Positions 12,088 through 20,880 of a stretch of 40,846 bases of DNA are shown here, in pieces (positions within the stretch are counted from its first letter, which is position 1; each line of letters starts with the position of its first letter). This DNA is from Candidatus Methylomirabilia bacterium (GTDB lineage: Bacteria; Methylomirabilota; Methylomirabilia; Rokubacteriales; CSP1-6): NCBI GenBank assembly GCA_041497895.1, contig JBGQHJ010000025.1, positions 1 to 40,846 of the forward strand, written 5' to 3'. The position numbers and the translations under genes are program-made. Under the pieces are notes generated by a model, which saw nothing but the letters and a program-made list of their open reading frames with translations, ran no database searches and was not told the DNA's origin.

Positions 12088-13211
12088 CTCCACGGCGCGT
12101 CGGGCTGCCAGCGGATCGTCGCGTCGGCGGGCATCCCGGGCTTGAGCACGCCGCCGGGGTTCTCGGTGAGCGCGACCTCGACCGCGAACACGAGCTTGAC
12201 GCGCTCTTCCCGCGTCTCGACGTTCTTGGGCGTGAACTCGGCTTCCTGCGAGACGCGGCTGACGCGGGCGGGGAACGCGCGGCCGGGATAAGCGTCGACG
12301 TACACCCGCGCCTCCTGCCCGAGAGCCACCTTGCCGATGCTCGGCTCGGGCACGTAGATCTTGACGTAGAGCCGATCGAGATCGACGAGGGTGAAGAGCG
12401 GCGTGCCGGGCTCGACCCGCTCGCCTCGCTCGACGGTGCGGGTGAGCACCCGGCCGTCGATCGGACTCTTCACCGAGAAGTCCGACACGTGGCTCTGCTG
12501 CTCGGCGAGCTGCGCCTCGGCCTGCCCGCGCTGCCGCGCGAGCGCGTCGCGCTCCGCGCGCAGGATCTCGACCTGCTCGAGCCCGAGGCGCGCCAGGGCC
12601 ACCTGCTTCCGGCTGCTCTCGAGCGCCTCCTCCGCCTCCTTGACCGAGTGCACCTCGACGTCGGCCTTGAGCCGGGCGTGCTCGCCCTCCTGCGGGGCGA
12701 TGAGCTCCTTCGCCACCAGCACCGCGGCCCGCTGCGCGTCCCGCTCGGCCTGCAGGAGACTGGCGCGGGCCCGTCGCAGCCGGGCTTCCGCCTCGCGCTG
12801 CGCCGCCGTCGTCTGCTCGATCTGGAGGGTCACCTGCCGCTCGGTCATACCCAATTGGCTGTTCGCCGCGACCAGCCGCTGGCCGAGTCCCTTGACCTGC
12901 TCCTCGACCGCCCGCACGCGCTCGCGCTGGGCCTGATCGTCCAGCGTCGCCAGGAGCTGTCCCTGGCGCACGGCCTGCCCCTCGTCCGCGTGCAGGGTCA
13001 CGACCCACGCCGACGTCTTCGGGGTGAGGGTCGTGATCCGGCCCTCGATGCGACCGCTCGCGAGGACCAGGCCCGTGTCCGCGGGCGGGCGGAGCCACGA
13101 GACGAGCCGCGGCGCGAGGAGGCTCGCGACCAGCGCGAGCACGAGCGCGATCGCCCCCCCGGCGAGCCACCGGGGAAGACGACGCTTGGGGCCGGGCAGG
13201 GTCGTGGCCAT
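12084..13211 (-). CDS. HlyD-family membrane fusion protein (YbhG/YhiI-like)
   Basis: N-terminal TM, SGRIEG, coiled coil, AEFTPKNVET and LKPGMPAD. Start 13211 (or 13220) chosen relative to promoter P4. Confidence 0.9.
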   Translation of the reverse strand: MATTLPGPKRRLPRWLAGGAIALVLALVASLLAPRLVSWLRPPADTGLVLASGRIEGRITTLTPKTSAWVVTLHADEGQAVRQGQLLATLDDQAQRERVRAVEEQVKGLGQRLVAANSQLGMTERQVTLQIEQTTAAQREAEARLRRARASLLQAERDAQRAAVLVAKELIAPQEGEHARLKADVEVHSVKEAEEALESSRKQVALARLGLEQVEILRAERDALARQRGQAEAQLAEQQSHVSDFSVKSPIDGRVLTRTVERGERVEPGTPLFTLVDLDRLYVKIYVPEPSIGKVALGQEARVYVDAYPGRAFPARVSRVSQEAEFTPKNVETREERVKLVFAVEVALTENPGGVLKPGMPADATIRWQPDAPWR

Positions 13212-13224
13212 CGTCTCCATCACC

Positions 13225-13240
13225 CGCAAGTGATGTGCCA
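13225..13240 (-). promoter_or_regulatory. Sigma54 -24/-12 promoter (P4) for the ABC exporter operon
   Basis: Minus strand reads TGGCACATCACTTGCG. Confidence 0.85.
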
Positions 13241-13292
13241 CGGACAACCGACCGAGAAACAGCGCTTTCCCCACTCCCGGGCCGGCTGGCGG

Positions 13293-13340
13293 TGGGGTCC
13301 GCCAACCCCACTCCGGCTCGGATGGGGCGCATGGTCCCCA
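13293..13340. promoter_or_regulatory. Tandem perfect palindromic activator boxes (putative UAS) of P4
   Basis: TGGGG-N8-CCCCA occurs twice (13293-13310 and 13323-13340). Confidence 0.75.
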
Positions 13341-13441
13341 GCGCCGGCCCTTGAACGCGATGCCGGGAAAGCGGAGAATCTGCGCGCCATGCCAGTCGGG
13401 GGCTAGTCATTCGGATCCTGCGCACGCTCGCCCCGCTGATT

Positions 13442-14821
13442 TTGGGCGGTGTCCTCCTGCTCGTCCCCACGCCCTCCGGCCTGACCCCGTCGGCTTGGCG
13501 CTACTTCGCGCTCGTGGCCACCGTCATCGCGGCCCTGATCACCGAGCCCCTGCCCGGGCCGGTGGTGGGCTTGCTCGGCATCACGGTGGCCACCGCGCTC
13601 CGCCTGGTCGGCTCCACGCCGGACGAGGCCATTCGCTGGGCGCTGTCCGGCTTCTCGCACAGCACGGTCTGGCTCATCTTCGTCGCGTTCATGTTCGGCC
13701 GGGGCTACGAGAAGACCGGCCTCGGACGGCGGATCGCGCTGGGCCTCGTACGGAGCCTCGGCCGGCGTACTCTCGGCCTGGGCTACGCGGTCGCGCTGGC
13801 GGACTTGGTGCTGGCGCCCTTCACCCCGTCCAACACCGCGCGGAGCGGCGGGATGGTCTACCCGATCATCAAGAGCATCCCCGCGCTGTACGACTCCTCG
13901 CCCGGGCCGACCGCGCGTCGGGTCGGCGCCTACCTCATGTGGACGGCCTTCGCCGCGACCGCCGTCACCAGTTCCATGTTCCTGACCGCGAACGCGGCGA
14001 ACCTCTTCGCGGTGTCGCTGATGAGGGAGACCGCGGGCATCGACGTGGGGTGGCCCGAGTGGTTCACGGGCTTCCTCCCGGTCGGCGTCGTGCTCTTCCT
14101 CTCCCTGCCGATTCTCGTCTACGTCGTCTACCCGCCGGGCCTGACGATCAGCCGCGAGGTCCCGGTCTGGGCGCGCCGCGAGCTCGAGCGGATGGGGCCG
14201 ATGAGCCGGCGCGAGATCCTCATGGGCGGGATCGCCGTCCTGGCCCTCGGGCTCTGGATCTTCGCCGGCCGGTGGCTCAACCCCACCACCGCGGCGCTCG
14301 TCGCCTTCTGTCTCATGATGCTGGTAGACGTCCTGTCCTGGCGGGACGTCCTCGGGTATCGCGACGCCTGGCGGGTGCTCGTCTGGTTCGCCACGCTGGT
14401 GACGCTGGCCGATGGCCTCCAGCGGGTCGGCTTTCTCTCGTGGTTCGCCACGCGGGTGACCGGCGGCCTGTCACCGGTGCCGGTCACGACCCGGCTGGTG
14501 CTCCTGGTGACGGTGTTCTTCGTCGCCCACTACCTGTTCGCGAGCCTGACCGCGCACGCCACCGCCCTGCTCCCGGCATTCCTGGCCGCGGGCGTCGCCA
14601 TGCCCGACATGCCGGCCCGCCCCCTCGCCTTGCTCCTGTGCTACTCGATCGGGCTCATGGGCGTGCTCACGCCCTACGCGACCGGTCCGGCGCCGATCTA
14701 CTTCGGGAGCGGGTTCATCGGCCGGGGCGCGTTCTGGACGCTCGGGGGCGCCACCGCCGCCTTCTTCCTCGCGGTCCTGCTCGGACTCGGGGTGCCGTGG
14801 CTCCTCTCCGCGATGCCGTAG
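13442..14821 (+). CDS. DASS-family anion permease (CitT/TtdT-like); true start possibly 13389 across a frameshift
   Basis: PSNTARSGG, SSMFLTANAAN, HYLFASLTAH and TPYATGPAPIYFG motifs, with many TM helices. Confidence 0.9.
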   Translation: MGGVLLLVPTPSGLTPSAWRYFALVATVIAALITEPLPGPVVGLLGITVATALRLVGSTPDEAIRWALSGFSHSTVWLIFVAFMFGRGYEKTGLGRRIALGLVRSLGRRTLGLGYAVALADLVLAPFTPSNTARSGGMVYPIIKSIPALYDSSPGPTARRVGAYLMWTAFAATAVTSSMFLTANAANLFAVSLMRETAGIDVGWPEWFTGFLPVGVVLFLSLPILVYVVYPPGLTISREVPVWARRELERMGPMSRREILMGGIAVLALGLWIFAGRWLNPTTAALVAFCLMMLVDVLSWRDVLGYRDAWRVLVWFATLVTLADGLQRVGFLSWFATRVTGGLSPVPVTTRLVLLVTVFFVAHYLFASLTAHATALLPAFLAAGVAMPDMPARPLALLLCYSIGLMGVLTPYATGPAPIYFGSGFIGRGAFWTLGGATAAFFLAVLLGLGVPWLLSAMP

Positions 14822-15651
14822 GCCGCCTCGCACTCGCTCTCGCGGCCGCGGACCACCCGTCGGCCCTCGAGGGCTCCCGACGTCTCGGTCACGATCGTCC
14901 GCTGGCCTTCCGGGCGCGCATCGGCGTGGAAGTACACGACGACCCAGTCGCGCGTCCGGTCGAGCGCGTGGGCGCGGAAGGTGTTGGAGAACAGCGCCGT
15001 GAAGTGCCAGTGGTCGCGCTCGGTGTGGAGGATCGGCAGCCAGGCCTCCCCGGTCGGGTTGAACCGGCGCGGGGCGATCCGGGGTAGCCGTCCGGCCGCG
15101 GCCGCGTCGCGATACTCGCGATCGACCTCGAGCAGCGTCTCGACCCGCGGCTCCTCCATGGGCTCCCGAAGCCGGCCCCGCGCACGCCCCAGCATCTGGG
15201 CGAGCCCAGCCCGGAGGCCGGCGGCGCGCCGACGGCTGATACCGGGCACCGCGGCCAGCCGTCCGTCGTGGGCCGCCAGCTCGAGCGCCTCCAGCGTGTC
15301 CACGCGCAGGATCTCGTGGAGTCGCCGCGCGAGCGTCGGCCCCACTCCGGGGATGCTCTGGAAGAGCTGCTCGGCGTCGAGGCTCCCGCGCAGCCGCTCG
15401 AGCTGGCTCCAGCGCCCGGTGCGGAGCAGCTCGGCGATCGCGGCGGCGATGCGCGGACCGATCCCCGGCAACGCTTCCAGGCCCTCGACGCCGTCGCGCT
15501 CGTAGATCTCGTCGAGGCTCTCCGCGAGGCGGCCGACGGTCCGCGCCGCGTCGCGGTAGGCGCGGACGCGGAACGGATTCGCCCCCTGCTGCTCGAGGAG
15601 GTCGGCCGCCTCGCCGAGCCGGTCGCCGAGGAGCTGGTTGCTCGCGCTCAC
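14698..15651 (-). CDS. Helix-hairpin-helix DNA-binding protein (PolX 8-kDa-like N-terminus, no polymerase domain)
   Basis: ANPFRVRAYRDAA...LPGIGPRIA, IPGVGPTLA and VPGISRRR HhH motifs, followed by a C-terminal domain of unknown function. GTGA overlap with the upstream CBS gene. Confidence 0.8.
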   Translation of the reverse strand: MSASNQLLGDRLGEAADLLEQQGANPFRVRAYRDAARTVGRLAESLDEIYERDGVEGLEALPGIGPRIAAAIAELLRTGRWSQLERLRGSLDAEQLFQSIPGVGPTLARRLHEILRVDTLEALELAAHDGRLAAVPGISRRRAAGLRAGLAQMLGRARGRLREPMEEPRVETLLEVDREYRDAAAAGRLPRIAPRRFNPTGEAWLPILHTERDHWHFTALFSNTFRAHALDRTRDWVVVYFHADARPEGQRTIVTETSGALEGRRVVRGRESECEAAYGIAERSHGTPSPSRTARKKAAVAPPSVQNAPRPMNPLPK

Positions 15652-16301
15652 GACGGCGCGGTCGTCACCCGCCCGGCGTCCCGTGTCCGGTGGCCGCCCG
15701 CCTCCAGCGCCCGGAGGGCCGGACGCGGATCGATGGTCGCCAGGCGCAGCACGACTTCCCGCTGGCCGGTCGAGTCCTCGAGGGTCATGACGCTCGAGAT
15801 CCGGGTGCCGGTCGCCTCGATCGTCCGCACGACCTCGCCCAGGCTCGCCCCCGGCTCCTGCAGCACCACGTCCACCCGGCTCGAGGGCTCGAGCGCGCCC
15901 ATCGCCCGCACGAACAGGTGGAGCACGTCGGTCTCGGTCACGATGCCGACGAGCCGGTCGCCCTCGGTGACCGGGAGCGCGCTGATCTTCCGGGTGGCCA
16001 TGAGCCGGGCCGCGTCCTCGACACCGAACATGGGCCCGATCGTGATCACGGAACGCGTCATGATCGCGCCCGCGGTCAGCCCCTCGATGAGCCGATCGCG
16101 CTCCCGCCCGTCGGCGCTCTGCGCCGCGGAGGCCATGGCCTGCTTGACGTCGCGGTCGGACACGATGCCGATCAGCCGGTCTCCGTCCACGATCGGGACG
16201 TGCCGGAACCCGCGCTGCTGGAGCACCCGCAGCAGGTGGGACAGGCGCGTCTCGGCCATGGCGGTCACCGGGTGCGCCTGCATCACGTCCCGGACGAGCA
16301 T
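15648..16301 (-). CDS. CBS-pair plus ACT domain protein (AcuB-like)
   Basis: VRDVM..RHVPIVD..GIVSDRD, LPV..GIVTETD and a C-terminal ACT-like region. TGATG coupling to groEL. Confidence 0.85.
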   Translation of the reverse strand: MLVRDVMQAHPVTAMAETRLSHLLRVLQQRGFRHVPIVDGDRLIGIVSDRDVKQAMASAAQSADGRERDRLIEGLTAGAIMTRSVITIGPMFGVEDAARLMATRKISALPVTEGDRLVGIVTETDVLHLFVRAMGALEPSSRVDVVLQEPGASLGEVVRTIEATGTRISSVMTLEDSTGQREVVLRLATIDPRPALRALEAGGHRTRDAGRVTTAPS

Positions 16302-17926
16302 CAGTCGGCCTCGTAGCCGTGCGCGCCGGCCGGCTCCTCCTTCTTCTCGGGCACCTCGGTCAGCGTGGCCTCGGTGAGCAGGAGCAGGCTCGCCACCGAT
16401 ACCGCGTTCTCCAGCGCGACCCGGACCACCTTGGTGGGATCGATGATGCCCGCCTCCACCAGGTCCACGTACTCCTTGCGCGCGGCGTCGAAGCCCATGT
16501 TCCCCTTGCCGGTGCGCATCTGGTTGACCACCACGCCGCCGTCCACCGACGAGTTCTCCGCGATCTGGCGGGTCGGCGCCTCGAGCGCGCGCCGGAGGAT
16601 CTGCAGCCCGGTGCGCTCGTCGCCCTCGCACTTGCCCTCCTCGCGCTCGACCGCGTCGATGGCGCGCAGCAGCACGAGGCCCCCGCCCGGCACGATGCCC
16701 TCGGCCACCGCGGCCTTGGTGGCGCTGATCGCGTCGTCGAGCGCCTCCTTCTTGCTCTTCATCTCCGACTCCGACGGCGCGCCCACCCGGATGACCGCCA
16801 CCCCGCCCGCCAGCTTGGCCAGCCGCTCCTGGAGCTTCTCGCGGTCGTAGTCGCTCGTGGTCTTGTCGATCTGGGCCCGGATCTGCTGCTTCCGTCCGTC
16901 GATCCGCGCCTTGTCGCCGGCCCCGCCGATGAGCGTGGTGGTGTCCTTGTCCACCACCACCCGCTTCGCCCGGCCCATGTCCTCCATGCTGAGGCTCTCG
17001 AGCTTGATCCCGAGCTCCTCGGTGATGACGCGGCCGCCGGTCAGGATGCCCATGTCCTCCAGCATCTCCTTGCGCCGATCGCCGAACCCGGGGGCCTTCA
17101 CCGCGACGCACTTGAGCGAGCCGCGGATCTTGTTGACGACCAGGGTGGCCAGCGCCTCGCCCTCCACGTCCTCCGCGATGATCAGGATCGCCGCGCCGGT
17201 GCGGGCCACCTGCTCGAGGATCGGGAGCAGGTCCTTCATCACGCCGATCTTCCGGTCGGTGAGGAGGATCAGCACGTCTTCCAAGACCGCCTCCATCTTC
17301 TCGGGGTCGGTCACGAAGTAGGGCGAGAGGTAGCCGCGGTCGAATTGCAGGCCCTCGACCACCTCGAGCTGGGTCTCGGTCGTCTTGGACTCCTCGACGG
17401 TGATCACGCCCTCGTTGCCGACCTTTTCCATCGCGTCGGCGACCATGTCGCCGATGGCCTGGTTGTTGTGGGCGGAGATGGTGGCGATCTGCGCCTTCTC
17501 GAGCCGGCTCTTGACCGGCCGCGACAGCAGCTTCAGCGCCTCCACCGCCGCCTGGGCTCCCCGGTCGAGGCCCCGCTTGAGATCCACCGCGCTGGCGCCG
17601 GCCACCACGTTCCGCACTCCGTCGGCGAAGATGGCGTGGGCCAGGATGACCGACGTGCTGGTGCCGTCGCCCACCGCCTCGCCGGTGCGCTCCGCGGCCT
17701 GGCGGATCATCTGGACCCCCATGTTCTCCACGTGGTCCCGGAGCTCCATCTCCTTGGCGATGGTCACGCCATCGTTGCAGACCACCGGCGTCCCGAAGCG
17801 CTTCTCCAGGAGCACGCACTTGGACTTGGGCCCGAGCGTGACGCGGACCGCGTCGGCCAGGGCGGTGACGCCTTTCAGGATCCGCTCGCGCGCTTCGGAC
17901 CGGAAGAATACCTGCTTGCTCGCCAT
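16301..17926 (-). CDS. groEL: Chaperonin GroEL (divergent paralog)
   Basis: [39 protein letters not shown] and GIIDPTKV. Confidence 0.96.
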   Translation of the reverse strand: MASKQVFFRSEARERILKGVTALADAVRVTLGPKSKCVLLEKRFGTPVVCNDGVTIAKEMELRDHVENMGVQMIRQAAERTGEAVGDGTSTSVILAHAIFADGVRNVVAGASAVDLKRGLDRGAQAAVEALKLLSRPVKSRLEKAQIATISAHNNQAIGDMVADAMEKVGNEGVITVEESKTTETQLEVVEGLQFDRGYLSPYFVTDPEKMEAVLEDVLILLTDRKIGVMKDLLPILEQVARTGAAILIIAEDVEGEALATLVVNKIRGSLKCVAVKAPGFGDRRKEMLEDMGILTGGRVITEELGIKLESLSMEDMGRAKRVVVDKDTTTLIGGAGDKARIDGRKQQIRAQIDKTTSDYDREKLQERLAKLAGGVAVIRVGAPSESEMKSKKEALDDAISATKAAVAEGIVPGGGLVLLRAIDAVEREEGKCEGDERTGLQILRRALEAPTRQIAENSSVDGGVVVNQMRTGKGNMGFDAARKEYVDLVEAGIIDPTKVVRVALENAVSVASLLLLTEATLTEVPEKKEEPAGAHGYEAD

Positions 17927-17942
17927 GTCGTCTCTCCTCCCG

Positions 17943-18464
17943 CTAGGGGCTGGTTCGCGCCGCCCGGGACCCTGCTCCCGGGTGGACGGGGAATTCCTGT
18001 GATTCGTGAACCGCGAAGTGACCCGGCCGCGCCTCGGCGAGGGTCGCGTAGACGGCAGCGCGCAGCCGGATCGCGGTTCGATGGTCGCCGGCCGGGACGA
18101 CCATGTCGCGCTGCTCGGTGAGCGACTCGTCCATCACGGTGGGGATGCCCCAGATCGGGCCGATCGGCGGGATCGCGCCGAGCTCGCAGCCCGGAAATCC
18201 GGCCAGCATCTCCTCCACGGTGGCCAGCCGGACCTCGCCGCGGCCGATCAGTCCCTTGACCCGGTCGAGATCGGCCATGCAGCAGGCTGGCAGGACGGCC
18301 AGCGCGAGCCCGACTGGATCCTTGACCACGACGGCCTTGGCCCACGTCCAGCCGGAAACGTGGGCGCCGGCCGCCTCCTCCTGTGAGGTGAAGGCCTCCG
18401 GATGCTCCACCACCTCGTACCGGACGCCCCGCGCACCCAGGAACTCTTCGAGCTGTTTGAGCAT
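17943..18464 (-). CDS. YbaK/aminoacyl-tRNA deacylase family protein
   Basis: AKAVVV, LATVEE and [10 protein letters not shown] motifs. ATG 18464 chosen because the ORF-track start (18485) lies inside promoter P5. Confidence 0.88.
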   Translation of the reverse strand: MLKQLEEFLGARGVRYEVVEHPEAFTSQEEAAGAHVSGWTWAKAVVVKDPVGLALAVLPACCMADLDRVKGLIGRGEVRLATVEEMLAGFPGCELGAIPPIGPIWGIPTVMDESLTEQRDMVVPAGDHRTAIRLRAAVYATLAEARPGHFAVHESQEFPVHPGAGSRAARTSP

Positions 18465-18480
18465 GACGCCCTGATGTGCT

Positions 18481-18496
18481 TGCAAGCGACGTACCC
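18481..18496 (-). promoter_or_regulatory. Sigma54 -24/-12 promoter (P5) for ybaK-groEL-acuB-HhH
   Basis: Minus strand reads GGGTACGTCGCTTGCA (GG-N10-GC, TTGCA). The -24 element is degenerate, but the upstream architecture matches the other six. Confidence 0.7.
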
Positions 18497-18549
18497 CCGC
18501 CTAGGCGACTGAAAACAAAGAAATCGAGGGCCCGGCGGGGCCCGGCCGG

Positions 18550-18587
18550 CGGAGCACGGGTGCCTCAGGTGGGGCAGCCTCACCCCG
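18550..18587. promoter_or_regulatory. Tandem palindromic activator boxes (putative UAS) of P5
   Basis: CGGAG-N8-CCTCA (18550-18567) and TGGGG-N8-CCCCG (18570-18587). Confidence 0.65.
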
Positions 18588-18598
18588 ACGGGCACCGA

Positions 18599-19795
18599 TC
18601 AGCAGACGGGGTGCTCGCCCCTGATCAGCTCGGCCCGGAAGGCGGGGAGACGGACCATCTCCGCCTCGACGACATCGCGGACATCCCGTTCCACGTCGGC
18701 AAGCGCGACGCCCACGGGCAGGCGGACCTGGACACCCGTCCACGGTCGATCCACCGGCTCGCCGATCCGCGCGACCAGGTGCACGTAGACATCGCGAAGG
18801 CCCGGACACCGGGCGTGGATGAGGCGCGCCAGCCGGTGGCTCAGGACACTGTAGATCTTGCCGGCGTGCGCGGCGGGGTTCTTGCCCGCGGTCGCTTCAC
18901 CCCCGGTCGGGCGCGAGAACGCGATGAGCCCGTTCGCCCGGTTCCCGCGGCCCACCTGCCCCGAGTCGGCGTCCTCGGCCGAGGTTCCGGTCAGCGTCAG
19001 GTAGACGCCCTCGGTCCCCTGCCCGCGCCGGTCGAGGCAGTTGAGGCGCCAGTCGATCTGGAACGGGGTCGAGCCGAAGCGGCCCGCGAGGGCGTGGAGG
19101 ATCTCCTCCTTCCGCGCGAAGTACGCGGCCTCGGATCGGGTCAGGAGACAGGCGAGCGGCATGGCGACCGTCAGGGCCAGCCGGTCGTCCTCGCGGACAC
19201 CCATCACCTTCACGTCCTGGCCGGTGTCCAGGAAGGTCGCCTTGAATCCGGCCGAGTTGAGGTACCGCTCGACCGCGAGCACCAGGTCCTCGGTCGGGCT
19301 CAGCGGCGCGTAGCCGGAGGCGCCCGACGTGTCGTTGGAGGCGATCTCGACGTCGCCCTCCCGGTAGATCCGCCGCAGCTCCTCGGAGCCCGGCGCGAAC
19401 GCCACCCGCGTGATGAAGCCCGTTCCCGGACGTACTCCCGGCAGGTGCGCAGCCAGCCACTCTTCCACCGCGCCACGGACCGTCTCCTCCACCGGTACGG
19501 GCTGGCCGTCGAGGACGTCGGTCGCGCGATCGCCGATGATCAGCTCGATGGGCCGCGTCACCTCGCCGCCGCCGAAGCGCTTGACGCACTGGCCGGCCAC
19601 CAGCAGCGCCTTGTCGACGTTGTAGTGGGCGATGGCGCCGACGCGGGCCCGGTACATGCGGGCGAGCGCGACCGCGGCCGCCTCCGCCACCGAGTCGCAG
19701 ATGGTGTCGGGGTGGCCGATGCCCTTGCGCTCGACCACCTCGATCCGCCGCTCGGCGACCGGGGTGCCCCCGATGGCCTCGATCACGAGGCTCAT
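18599..19795 (-). CDS. mat: Archaeal-type methionine adenosyltransferase (SAM synthetase)
   Basis: VERKGIGHPDTICD, HYNVDK, SNDTS, GQDVKVMG, DSGQVGRGNR and GKNP..H.GKIY, typical of the archaeal MAT family. Confidence 0.9.
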   Translation of the reverse strand: MSLVIEAIGGTPVAERRIEVVERKGIGHPDTICDSVAEAAAVALARMYRARVGAIAHYNVDKALLVAGQCVKRFGGGEVTRPIELIIGDRATDVLDGQPVPVEETVRGAVEEWLAAHLPGVRPGTGFITRVAFAPGSEELRRIYREGDVEIASNDTSGASGYAPLSPTEDLVLAVERYLNSAGFKATFLDTGQDVKVMGVREDDRLALTVAMPLACLLTRSEAAYFARKEEILHALAGRFGSTPFQIDWRLNCLDRRGQGTEGVYLTLTGTSAEDADSGQVGRGNRANGLIAFSRPTGGEATAGKNPAAHAGKIYSVLSHRLARLIHARCPGLRDVYVHLVARIGEPVDRPWTGVQVRLPVGVALADVERDVRDVVEAEMVRLPAFRAELIRGEHPVC

Positions 19796-19830
19796 GGGCG
19801 AACCCGCGCCGCCTCGGGTACCGTACCGCC

Positions 19831-20865
19831 ATGCAGGCGATCGATGCCTCTCACGGCGAGGGCGGCGGGCAGGTCCTTCGCACCGCGCTGGCGCTGTCCG
19901 TCGCGCTCGGCCACCCGGTGACGCTCCGGCACATCCGGGAACGTCGGCCACGCCCCGGGCTGCAGCCGCAGCACCTCACGGTGGTCCGGGCCCTCGCCGC
20001 GATCAGCGAGGCCGAGGTCGTCGGCGACGCGCTCGACTCCACCGAGGTCGCGTTCTCGCCGCGGACCCTGCGCGGCGGCACCTACCGCTTCGACATCGGC
20101 GCCATCCGCGGCAGTGCGGGCTCCGTGCCTCTCCTCCTCCAGGCGCTGCTCCTGCCGCTCGCCCTCGCCCCGCAGCCGTCCCGGCTCCAGCTCCGCGGCG
20201 GCACGCACGTCCCCTGGAGTCCCCCGGTGTCGTATCTCACCGCGGTCTTCGTGCCCGCGCTGGGCCGCCTCGGGGTGCGCGCCGCGGTCACGCTGGAGCG
20301 CTGGGGCTGGTACCCCGCCGGCGGGGGAGAGGTGGGCGTCTCGATCACGCCCGGCCGTCCCCGGCACGGCATCCGCTGGGAGCGCCGGACCGGGACCCTC
20401 GCGATCGAGGGGCTCTCCGCCGTGTCGCGCCTGCCGCGGTCGATCGCCGAGCGCCAGCGGGCGCGCGCGCTCGATCGGCTCGCCGCCGCCGGGCTGTCGC
20501 CCACCATCGCCGTCGTGGAGGACCACACCGCGCGCGGACCCGGAACGCTGGCGATGCTGACCGCCACCGGCGAGTCGGCGGCGGCCGGATTCTCCGCCCT
20601 CGGCCGGCGGGGCGTCAGGGCCGAGACGGTCGCGGACGAGGCGGTGGATCCCCTCCTCGAGTACCTCGAGACCGGCGCCACCGTGGACGACCACCTGGCC
20701 GACCAGCTCATCCCGTTCCTCGCGCTGGCCGACGCCCCGTCGGCCTTCACCTGCCCGCGGATCTCGACGCACCTTCGCACGGTGGCGTGGCTGGTCGAGC
20801 AAATGCTCCCCGTGCGCGTGACCCTCCACGAGGGCCGGCCGGGCCGGGTAGAGGTCGCCCTCTAG
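19831..20865 (+). CDS. rtcA: RNA 3'-terminal phosphate cyclase
   Basis: GEGGGQVLRTALALS, RPRPGLQPQHL, GGTHVPWSP, GWYPAGGG and catalytic DDHLADQL. Confidence 0.93.
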   Translation: MQAIDASHGEGGGQVLRTALALSVALGHPVTLRHIRERRPRPGLQPQHLTVVRALAAISEAEVVGDALDSTEVAFSPRTLRGGTYRFDIGAIRGSAGSVPLLLQALLLPLALAPQPSRLQLRGGTHVPWSPPVSYLTAVFVPALGRLGVRAAVTLERWGWYPAGGGEVGVSITPGRPRHGIRWERRTGTLAIEGLSAVSRLPRSIAERQRARALDRLAAAGLSPTIAVVEDHTARGPGTLAMLTATGESAAAGFSALGRRGVRAETVADEAVDPLLEYLETGATVDDHLADQLIPFLALADAPSAFTCPRISTHLRTVAWLVEQMLPVRVTLHEGRPGRVEVAL

Positions 20866-20880
20866 CGCGCGACCCATGTC

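Noticed and set aside
14698..15651. DNA polymerase X
   Set aside because: No palm domain with catalytic aspartates and no PHP domain.
18559..18596. Hairpin after mat as an intrinsic terminator
   Set aside because: It is imperfect, has no U-tract, and overlaps the P5 palindrome pair. A dual role cannot be excluded.
19795..19810. GG-N10-GC upstream of rtcA as a sigma54 promoter
   Set aside because: TGGGCGAACCCGCGCC lacks the CAC and TT consensus positions, and I saw no accompanying enhancer pair.
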